Positions 27,501 through 39,500 of a DNA stretch of 64,000 bases are shown here, piece by piece. The notes below the pieces were generated by a model. The model ran no database searches. It was not told the origin of the DNA and worked only from the letters and a program-made list of their open reading frames with translations. The DNA lies in the NCBI GenBank assembly GCA_963924565.1, contig OZ004608.1, positions 25,730,001-25,794,000 of the forward strand, written 5' to 3'. The stretch is from Ascidiella aspersa. Taxonomy: Eukaryota. Made by a program: the position numbers and the translations under genes. Numbering within the stretch: position 1 is the first letter of the stretch; the number at the start of each line of letters is the position of its first letter.

Positions 27501-30500
27501 AGTGGATTTGTTTAATTAATTCACGAATATTGCAGACCTTCCGGCGTAGAGATTTCGCGAGCAGAAATATACGCGACAATGGTTACTATGATGCAGACAA
27601 TCTTGGATGTTGATGATACAGGTAATTAATGGAAGGCATAATGTGATGATGCAGCTGACCATAATAAGCTGACCATAATAACTTATCGTGTTGTTTCATC
27701 TAAATTTAGAACCTGCTGTCGAAACGGGGATGCGAGCATTTTTTTGTCTGACTCTTACTCACACTCAAAACGTGCTCACGTTTTAAAGGCAGTTTAAAAT
27801 GTGCGCACATTCTGAAAAACGCTATACTTTCCGAATCACAAATCTTTGTTTATTTTGTTTAAAATATTATTATATTTTTTATAATAATTTTAAATTAAAA
27901 AAAATTAAAAAGTACGTCCTAAAATACAGTAATAACATTTTTTAATAAACTAAAAATTACTGTTTATTAACACTATCGAAAATACGTTTTACTTTACTTT
28001 GTATTAATAGCAAATTTTACTTGTATTTAATAGTTCTTTGTATTAAATAGTTCCCAAAACAACAAACGCAACGAAATCAACAAAACCAAGATATACAGGT
28101 AAATTTTCAAGAACTGCTTTTTTGATTTTTTAAAAACTATGCCATAGTTACTGTTATAAAATCAGTTGTCAAGCGAATTGTATTTAAATATGTAAACTCA
28201 ACACTGATTTTGTTCATTTTTGCAGCCTGCCAATATAGCACCTAGCTAAACTTAGTAAGCTTTTCTTATGAAATTAGTTGTTTTGACCACGAACACAACA
28301 TCAGCAGCCATTATGAGAAAATGGATTTAAGATAAGTTGAATGTATACCACGTTGACGTTTAATTTAAACGACCTCTTACCAGATCAAAGAATTTTTAAA
28401 CAAACAATATGAAACAGACTATTAAATCGCATTTTTTATGAATTTGAATGTCAAGGATTCTTATGTTAGTATTTGTACCTTTTTCGTACAGCCTTTCAAA
28501 AGTGTAAAACTCACATCAGAGGCGTAGCCAGGCTATTTTTCCGTCGACCCCTCCTCTATGTTTAACTACATTTTCTATTACATTAACGTAATATACCTTA
28601 TTTTATACAAAAAACAAAACAAAAAAAAAACAATTCAAGTTTTAATAGAACATTTTTTTTCCTAAAAAATGTTTGCTTCCGGTGGACCACAGTTACACGT
28701 TTGGCATTTAACGCCATGTTATTTATAACAAATAAAATAAAAATGTTCGGAGTCGAAAACAAGTGACTTCAACCAAACCAAGAATACATGGGTTAAAATT
28801 ACTGTTCACTTTAAATATATTTTTTTTTCAACTTTTATGAAAAAAACACCTGAAGTACGGTAATAAAATATTCAACCATTAAAGAAAAAAAAGCAGGTAT
28901 GAATTTTTAAACCATTGAAGGTGATAAAATAAAGAGAATGCTACTTAATTTAAAAGAAGTTAAAAAATGTTTACATACTTTGTTAATACTTAATAATACG
29001 TAGCCTATTTACACTTATGTAACACTTCTTATGCAGAACTATTTGAACGCGTTCAAACAAACTCTAAAAATCTTACAAGCAATATTGAAAACTTCCACAA
29101 CTATCTACTACCGACGGGTTCAAGTGTAACATCAATAAGTGACGGCGGTGGTGACATGTACGATGGTGGAAACAAAGCAAGTGTTGCCGCATTTTTTTAA
29201 AACTACACTTTTTTAGGATTGCGTTGGTTAATACGAATTGTTGTACGTCTGTTTTTTGCGTCATATTTTAGAAGATGCGGATTTCCTAACGTACATAATT
29301 AATAAGTGAAAAAAACAGAGTTTGTTACTGGAATGTTTCGATCAGGATTTTGTCAGAAAGAAACTTCAGGACTAGTTTCCTGCTTCTATATTAAGTATAT
29401 CGTTACATTACAATGCAGGTTTAAATTAAAATCTTGTTTTCAGGTGTACTTTGCTGTGGGAAATGCCTCACGTCGCCTTGCAATATACAACAGAAACTAT
29501 ACGTAAGTTAAGAGAATTAAATTGATCTTAGTTAATCAAGATAAGCTATCTTTTAATATGTGTGCAATGCAGTTTTATTTAACACCATTTGTTTAGGGGT
29601 CCAACGTACATCTTTAAAGCCATCGTCATGCATCCATTCACAGCCATGTTTTTTCTTAATGGGAATTCAGGTCCAGAGAGATATTCGTTTCAGGTTAGTC
29701 ACAATGTTTTAAACTGACTTGTGAAAAATTATAATGTTGAGTTAAAATGAATATTTTATTTTTCATAAAAAAAAAAGGTGGAATCTAATCTTGGATCGGA
29801 TGGAAACGGCAGATTTCGAAGTTTTACAGGCTCTGTCCCGTTGCAAAACTATAAGTTACAGTTTAAAGGAGCGCAGGTTTATTTCGCTGGCGACTCCACT
29901 GTTTGTGAAGTTTACTATTTCTTGCCACTTACACCGGTAAGTCAGAAAACTAACCATATATGCATCAACCTTCCCTTGATCTACACGTGACCTTGTTTGT
30001 TACTATGTGCGTTGAACCAACATATTTTTGAGTACATCGTAGATGTACATTATTTAGCATTGGAGTTTTCTCATGTCAATTAGGCCTATTTAGCATTGGA
30101 GTTTATTAACAAAAAACAAGGGGATCAGTTAAAAATTGTGTTTAGAATTCGAACCGAACCTTCACTTTAACGACTCCAGATCGAGGAAGAGCAAATATGA
30201 GGAATAACGCTTCTGTTCAATCAGGTGGTGGAGAAGCTGTGCTTGGATTTACACTACTATCAAAGTAAGGTTTTCAACAATATTAAAACGAGAAAAAATT
30301 GTCGTGTTAAAAAATTGTGCAGTACACAGAATAACAGAACTATATTAAAACTCGCGTGGCACAATTCTGTTTTTATCATAATTTTATTCTATATTAATGT
30401 ATATAAAGAAAAGCAAACGGCAATATTTTTCATTTCTCTACTAATTTCCTCAACCAATATTGCAGACCTTCCGGCAAGCTGATTACGCAAGCAGAAATAT

Positions 30501-33500
30501 ACGCGACAATGTTTACAATGATGCACGTTATTTTGGATATTCCTCAACCAGGTAGTAAAACAACTATTTTATCTGTTTTTATGTTGCTGAAAACAGCGAA
30601 ATGGTATTAGTTCTTATTTCAGCTCAGTCTGCCACTGTACATCAATGGTTGTTAAATGTTTTGTTAAGCGTACCGGTATACCCTTCAAATTTTTGTTCTC
30701 GTGTGCCAGGGTAGGTATGATATTTTTCAGATATGACGTATTGAAACAAGAAGTTTGAAATTTGCTGTTCATGGTAATACTACGCTTAACTCAATTGTAA
30801 ATACATTTAAGAAAATCTAAGCCGTTCTTTAATTAATCTCCTTTCTTTTAAGAAAACATTCTATTTTAGATTATAGACCTACACTAAGTTTTCAATGAGG
30901 CCTTTACTGACCAAAAATTCTAGTTCATGTATCCCAAGTGGTTTGATCGACCCCAGTTTACGAACCCCTGCTGCGCGTATAGTTTCGAATCTGAAAGTGA
31001 CTAATAAATCATGGGTGAATTTCGTTTAAAGGCGTATAAATAGGAAAACACTCCTGACGTTTGCATTTCTTCGAAATCATTGTCACGCAAAGACTATAGA
31101 GATTAGACTCTGTTACAAACAAACAACTCCCGAAAAATGCGTCAATAGCCCTACAAAATTTGCCAAAGACGTCGCAAAAACAATTTCAGATATACTAATG
31201 TTTTATATTATTGTTTCGTATATTGTGACACTGTGCCGAGTGACTCCTGTTGCGAAATCGCGTTTACAAACCGTATGTTTGTATAGAAATGACTTGGTGT
31301 ATAACAACACAGTGACACCACATATCTTGACCTCAAATTTCTTCACATAAGAACACTCGTAAATTAATTATGCAATAATAAATGATCTAAGTTCTCTCCA
31401 CATAAGCTCGATTAATTGTGATTGTGTATTTAATTGTTCTATCGTGTTTTTTACGTTTGTACATTGTTCTTAAATATAAATGCTTGTTTCTTGATAAAAG
31501 CGTTTTAAACATTTCGCGAAAGCTGCATAAAGAGATAATAGCAAAATGTCTGTTGCTGGCCGCTTGGGAAGAGCCCATTTAACAATCGCTTTGTACATCA
31601 GAACTCGCATTTACAGACAAGCATATAATGGTTAACGGTACACAACTAATTAATTATCCAGACCCTTTTCCGGAAAAAGATGTAAAATACCTCTTCTACA
31701 ATGGATATAGCCTATAACGGGACTTATGAAAATGGTACATTGGTCCGTTATATGCGGTTTCTGCTGTAGTCATCTACCGCCATTTTCCTTCCGACTTCGT
31801 CTAACTATAAAGCACTAATCCTCCAACTTTTTTAACCAGGCCCTACTTTTCGTTGAAATAAAACTATTATGTTACATAATGTGACGTCATAAGGGTACAT
31901 TTCAACGTATATTTTCAATCGTAAGAACATCACGCAGTTCGTTTGTTTTATTAAAGTTTGAAGTTGGAAAGGTTTTAACTGTCAATACAAAAGTTACTTA
32001 CAAAAGTGTTCAAACTTGTAAATGTGCTAGACTAGGGGGTGTGATGACATTTAAGAGAGATGACGACACTCGTCGTGTGTCACAACAAGCAATTTTTACA
32101 GTATTAATTTTTTTTTTTACAGTATTAAATTTTGTTCTGGATATGGTATACAATTTGATGACTGACAACAATACAATTATTAAATGTACATTTTTTTTGT
32201 ATTCCTTATTCACAAAATTGTCTACCTTCAGATATTATCATATTCGGGTAGCCTGTGCTAAAGTTCTATATTACCACTAGTATCATTTTTACTGGTTTCA
32301 CAATTAAAACACCAGATTTTCAATAAAAAGAAATATTGATTTTTCCACATTAAACATTTAAGAAACACGTAATAAGAATATCAAAGCCCATACAGAAGTA
32401 GGTATCATTTTGAACGTTTCGAATAACTCTTTTATTCATTTTCAACATCTTATTACGTCTTACTACAACCTCCAACCATTATGCTCCAAAATTTAAGGAA
32501 CAGTTCACTTTTCTTATGCAACGCGGCACAAAATGTGGTGATTTTTGTGTTTTACAGATTTGCACACCGCGAATAAAGCTCTGAAAACATTCACCGGTAT
32601 GTCTATTGCATGCGAAAACTAAAACAGGCAACGTTCTTTCACATCGAAATGAATTTTTCAAGTGAACACTTTTGCAACACATAATATTAAAAAAAAGAAA
32701 ATATTGTTTGTTTTCTTGTGAATAAGAATTTGGGTTGTCACTAGTTTTAGTAAAATTTTCTGCTGTTACTATTTAAAACTTAAACTAAAATCAAGTTTAT
32801 ATTACGTTATGTTACAAGAGCGTGTTAATATTTTTCTGTCCTGTCATAGCAAAACTCACCAAACGCGTTCGAACGAACTCCGAAAATCTTACAAGCCAAG
32901 TTCCCAACTTCTACAATTATCTGTTGCCGTCTCGCCGGCGAGTAACATCAATAAGTGACGGCGGACGGGATATGTACGACGACGGAAACAAAGTATTAAG
33001 TAGCCTATAGCAAAACTTGTTTAACCAGCTTTGCTTGTTTAAAACAGTTTATAATACTTATATAATGGCAATGATAAAGACAAATGACAAGTGTATGGAG
33101 AAGATACCATGAGACGTTTCGTACATAAAAGGAAATTTGTTAAAGATTATTTGTCAGCAAAGTCGCAAAGTTGTTAAAGCACATATCACAACCAGTTTCT
33201 CAGGGGAATTGGTGGTAGTCCTCAGCTAAAATTTCCACCTTCTATTGTCGTAAGTTACTGTTGGGCCTAAAAGTTAGTGTTAGATTTAAACCATGGTTGC
33301 TCGTTTCAGGCGTAGCATACATTTTACTTAAAGCAAAACATATCTAATAAGAAAAATAATATTTAGTCGCTGATGTTCAAGAAAAGTTCTAACAATTTTT
33401 ATTTGTAGGTGTACTTTAAAGTGGGTGATCAACCTCGCCGACTTGCAACATACAACAAAAAATATATGTAAGTTTGGGTAATAAATGGACCTGTGTTTTA

Positions 33501-36500
33501 CAGTCCAACAGTACCAATATGCGTTTTTCACTACTCTTTCTAGGGCACCTACATTCATCTTTACAACACTTCGTATACACCCATTCACAGCAATGTTTGT
33601 CTTTGGTGCCGATTCCGGTCCAAATCAATATTCTTTACAGGTGGGATTTAAATATACCTTTCCTTTACAGACTAAATAAAGAAATACTTTTTTTCCTTTT
33701 TTAAAGGTGGAATCTAATTTAGGGGTCGATGGAATCGGTCAGTTTAGAGACTTTAACGGTTCGATTTCCTTGAGAAATTACACGATATATTTTGGAGGGG
33801 CACAGGTTTATGGTGCCGGTGATGCCACTGTTTGCGAAGTTTATTTTTTCCTTTCACTTAAGCCGGTAAGTAAACAAAGTGACTAGATAGATATACATTA
33901 ATTATTGTATCTCGTCTTGCAAATTGCTAGATTCTTGAGCCCGTTCTGAGTTTGGGTCAGGCCTGTCACTATATAGAAACATGTTGCTCACACCTCGCTT
34001 AGACATAAAGAAGGCTGTTTAACTTTTGACCATATTTGATAGAACGTTAGTTAAGCACACCCAGTTGGTGTTTTAAAACTCGACTCGTCACGACTATAGA
34101 TTAATTCTTGCAATGGTCGGCAACATTGGCTATCTGTTATGGATATATATATACAATATACATGTTCCCAGCTAACACACAACGTTTTTTCGACGTTCGG
34201 ATCTTTTTTTTAAACTAAGTAAACGTTGTGGGAATGTGTCCAAACGAACGTTAAGAAAATACGTCGAGGCCGTGTTATCAAAACGTAATGTAAAACGTTG
34301 CACTAACGTCAAAATTAACGTTAAGAAAAACCGCAATGCGACCAAATTTCAACGTCATTTGTAACGTATAAACAACGTTGATTACAGACGTCGATCTTAA
34401 CATGTTTTACATCATTTTGGACGTCACTTCGAACGTTTGTTGAACGTTATTTTTTAACGTTGCGACGAACCACAATGAAACAAATTTACAACGTCATAGG
34501 TGACATGCAAATAACGTTTATTACTGACGTAAAATCTAACATTTTTAGACCGGTTTAGACGTCTTTTACACGTTTAATTAACGCTGTATATTTAACGTTC
34601 CGTAAAACTATAACGAAACAACTTAGAACGTCATACGTGACGTAGAATTCACGTTCATTTCTGACGTCACAATTAACTTGTTATAGACAAATTTTAACGT
34701 AACTTCAAACGTTTGATTAACGTTCTTTCGTAACGTTGAAACAAACCAAATACAACTTATTTTAAAACGTCATAAATCACGTACTAAAACGTTGTTTACT
34801 GACGTCAAAACTAACGTCTTTTTTTTTTTTTTCAATTCAATGGTATTCTTTAAAAATATTGTGGCGCACCACAATGTAACCTGATTATAACGTCAAAGGT
34901 GACGTACGAACAAGGTTAATTACTTACTTCGAGGCTAATAACTTGTTTTAGGCTATTTTGTACGTCAGAGCGAACATTTTGCTAACATTATTTTTAAACT
35001 TTGTGACCACCATTGATGTAACTAATTTACAACGTGATACGTGACGTACAAACAACATTAAATTCTGACATCAAAGCTAATTTCTTGGAGACCAGGACGC
35101 CATTTTAAGCGTTATAATAACGTCATTTTACCGTTTTGACTAACTACAATGTTATATAATTAAAACGTAAAACGTGACGTAACAACAACGTTACCTTTTG
35201 TAACAAGGATAATTTTTTTATGACTATTTTATACATCATTTCTAACGTTTTAATAACGTCATTTCTCAACCTTATTGCAAACCTTAATGTAACCAATTTA
35301 GAACGTCATAGGTGACGTACATGCAACGTTAATTACTCACGTCAAAGTAAACTTGATTTCATTTCATACGTTGTCGTGAGAAACCACAATGGACCCAATT
35401 TATTAAATCCTACGTGACGTACAATCAACGGTGATTTCTGACGTCAAAGCTAACTTATTTAAGACCGTTTTGGATGTAATTTTAAACGTTTTAATAACGT
35501 TATTTCTTGACGTTGCGACAAACTAAGATCCAACTAACTGACAACGTCACGCGTGACGTATAAATGACGTTGAATTCCAAGGTCAAAGCTAACTTCTTTG
35601 ACAGCATTTTGGACGTGATTTTAAGCGTTTTAACAACGTTATTTTTTGGTTTGTAACTAACAACAATGCAATCTAATTAGAACTTCACGTGACGTAAAAA
35701 CTACGGTAAATACTGACATCGAAGCTTACTTGTGTTTAGAATTAGACTATTTTATACGTCATTTTTAACGTTAATATGACGTTATTTTTCAACGTTATTA
35801 CAATCTTCAATATAACCAATTCAAAACATCCTACGTGGCCTATATGCAAAAAGCAATGATAACTGTCGCTGAAGATAACTTATTTGAAACCATTTTAAAT
35901 GCTATTTTCAAAAGTTCCAATAACTTTATTTCTTGACATTACGAAAAACTAAAACGCGACCAAATTTGCAACATCTTGAATGATCGTAGTCATTTCGAAG
36001 GTTACGGCAAACCACAATGCAACCGGATTAAAACGTTAAACGTGACCTATACAACAAGGTATATACCTGAAATCGAGGTCAACTTGTTTTAGACTATTTT
36101 ATACATAAATTAAAACATTTCATTAATATTGTTTAGCGTTTTTACAAACGTCAAAGGAACCCTATTAAAACGTTAAACGTGAGGTAGAAACAACATCAAT
36201 TAGCCTACTTACGTTGAAGGTAACTGATTTTAGACGAATTTCCGTGTCATACACAGTTTTTTCGACTGAGCTGAAGTACAATCGAATCAAAATGTCATAC
36301 GTGTCGTATAAAAAACGTTGTTTACCGACGTCAAAACTAACTTTCCAAGTTTTAATTTTCGTTAAATAGAAATGCTCTCTTTTAAGGAATGCGTCGGGAT
36401 TATGTAGCCTATGTACAAAATATTTGTTTTTTTCTGTAATGTGTTTTGATTAACTTTTTTAGAATATGTAAAGAAGTATACTTAGTTATGCTTACATAAA

Positions 36501-39500
36501 ATAGAGATGTGACTTAATTTAAGATAGCATTTTAGTAACATTGTCTTTATATGAAACAAATCGCATAAAAAAGTACTTAGCGCAGCGACCGCTACAGACG
36601 CAGTTTCCTGGATAGACAAGAATGTCGCTCCCTGCTGCTTTTTTTTCGCGGATTTCGAACGGCGCGTAAACTCGTGATTGGCCAATATGCGGATGACATC
36701 ACAGTCCAGTTTGAACATTTGCTATCAGTCAGGACATTGGAATTCAAAATAAGTTTTGGCAGCTCAGCGCTAGAGTGCTTGTTAGATATTTAGGTTGTTT
36801 TCCTTAAACCATGAAGATTAGGGTTACATAAAAAGATTAGGCTTTGTTATCAAATATATTTTCAGGTTAAATAGTCTAAGCTGTATTTGTAGTTTTATTT
36901 ATAACTTTTATTTTAAGTAGGAAACAAAATAATTTACTGATTGAATGACTTCAAAGCCTCCACTAATTTTCATCTAACATAGAAAAACAAGCTCTATTAC
37001 CTCTGTGGGCAATTGCAGGCACTGGTCTAGAATCCTACCACACAGTGCACAATATTTGGGTTAGGGTGCGGGTTAGCATTTTGGATTAGGGTGGGTCAAG
37101 TATTAAATAATAGATATAATAATACTTCACCCACCCTCACTCAAACGCTAACTCGCACCCTAACCCAAATATTGTGCGTTGATTTAATCAATGTGGTAGG
37201 ATTCTAGACCAGCGCCCAATTGCAGTCTACGGCGAGTGAACACCCAAACTTTTTAGACAATTTTAATGCAAATCTTGATCTTTGTATCATGCCAGCGTAA
37301 ATACCTTGGGTGTGCATAAAACCCCAAATGAACACTTGAAAATTCATTACTGAAGATCTCGACTAAAGGCTTGATTAAAAGTTCAAGGTGGGATTTGAAG
37401 AAGGGTACACGTTAAAGATATTCCTCATGAACTTGGCTGCTCATGAATATTTACAGGTAAATTAGTGATTAATATTTTCAAGATTTTTGTTAATTATAAT
37501 ATTTATTTGACTCTTACTGTTTTGTTTTATGCTTGCAATTGCCCTAGATGCTAACAACAAAGACTTTAAAATGTATCCTGGCTGCGTTTAAATTTCTTTA
37601 TTTGGGCAGCAATTTTTTTCAAAACCTACCAGTGATAGTTATATAATGTCACCAGAATTTTAATTTTATATATTTCTGACCAGTCTGCATTCTGTGGACC
37701 AGAAGCTACACAGCACAAAACGCTATCACACAATAAGTAAAGGCAAAATAAACATAATATGACAGAATTATTGGGAAAAAATTATACCATAGACTAGTAC
37801 TAAGAATGGTCTATATTTTTTTAATATAAAAACAAAGTTTAAAAAATGTAAAAAATACTAATATTCATTATTAAATGTTATTATTGGCAAAAAAATGAGA
37901 TAAAAATTCTTGATCCTAAATTTTACCAAACAAATTCAGGTTGCACAAGAAAATACATTAACAGTGATATAAAATTTCTGTGCTTGGCTAAATTAGTAAA
38001 TGGCACATCTAAATTTTGAAAAAAAAAAAAAAACATGAAATAACTATCAGGTTGTTTTAAATTTTTTGTTTAAGGCAACCAATTGGGCATTTATTGTACC
38101 ATGTAGAAGCACGTGCATCATTGCAATTAGTTTTTTTGGCTTTGCTCATTTCGATTTGGTTTCATAAGGTAAATAAAGTTAAAAGTTATGTTTGTAGTCA
38201 TTAATCACATTTCCCAGTTAATGCAGCTTAAACAGATGAAATGATGGGGTTTTCCTTAGCTTGACAAACACATGAGCCATTTTTATAAGGTATATATTCC
38301 CCTGTTCGACCCTATAGCCCTAGCAGTCACTTCCCTATTCCCTAATTTTTATATTATTTTTCAACAGCTCTCTCGATGTATCACACATGCATTCAGATTC
38401 GGATTAAACTGCTGGATTTTCGTTTAACACCGCTGGATTTGTATTGTTCTTATTTTTTCAATACATTGTTGTTGTTAACGTTACTTTCCTGTTTTAATGT
38501 GCATTGTTTTACACATAGTCTGTGAAATGCAAAACTTTTTCAATTTTGTCTTTTAGACTGTGTTAGTGTAATAGAGCAATTTAAGTAACACTATAAAATT
38601 TGTGTGTTTTGCAGGTCCACAGACCAATTTTCTCAGTTTGCTTGTCTTTTTTACAGTTCTTTATTGTCAACATTTTTATACTGCCGTGTTTGTTTTACTT
38701 CAATACTATATTATTTCTATATTTTCCTGGATGGTAATTGTTTAGAAGATTTAGTAAGAATTTGCAAGTGTAAATAATTACAGTCAGATATGTTACAACA
38801 AGTATAAGTGTTTTAAAAGTGCAAAAACATCGTTATTATGTTTCTTTTTTGCGCATTATACCGTAGTTGCGAACGTAATTTGTAACTCCTTTGCAAACGT
38901 AATTTGTAGGGCATGGAGTCCAAACTATTACGCAAACATAACAATGTGAACGCTTTCAATAACCTAGTTTTACAACGTAGTTTCCAACGTCGCATGAACT
39001 TTGTCCGGATCACACATTTTTACGTAAAAATAACGTCTGTGATAAACTTATAATTAACGTCGCTGAACATCGTAATTTGCAACGTCTAATCTACGTCGTC
39101 TGGAATAGACACTTCTACGTAAAAACAACGTTCATGATAAACGTATAAATAACGTAGTTGCACAACGTCGCATCTAGGTCGTAAAGTGTCGACGCTTTTA
39201 CGTGAAAATAACGTTCATGATAAACGTCTAAATAACGTAGTTGCACAACGTCGCATCTACATCGTTTGGTGTCGACACTTTTACGTGAAAATAACGTTCA
39301 TGATAAACATATAAATAACGTCGCTGAACATCGTAATTTGCAACGTCTAATCTACGTCGTCTGGAGTAGACACTTCTACGTAAAAATAACGTTTATGATG
39401 AACGTATAAATAACGTAGTTGCGCAACGTCGCATCTAGGTCGTAAAGTGTCGACGTTTTTACGTAGAAATAACGTTGGTTGCAACGTCTTATCGACCAAA

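Noticed and set aside
34250-36350. ACGT-rich array as a CpG island or CRE enhancer cluster
   Set aside because: It lies wholly within the TIR-bounded insertion and is explained as transposon subterminal repeats.
37059-37170. Telomere-like gggttagggt / accctaaccc motifs
   Set aside because: Only isolated units, forming the arms of a palindromic MITE rather than a telomeric array.
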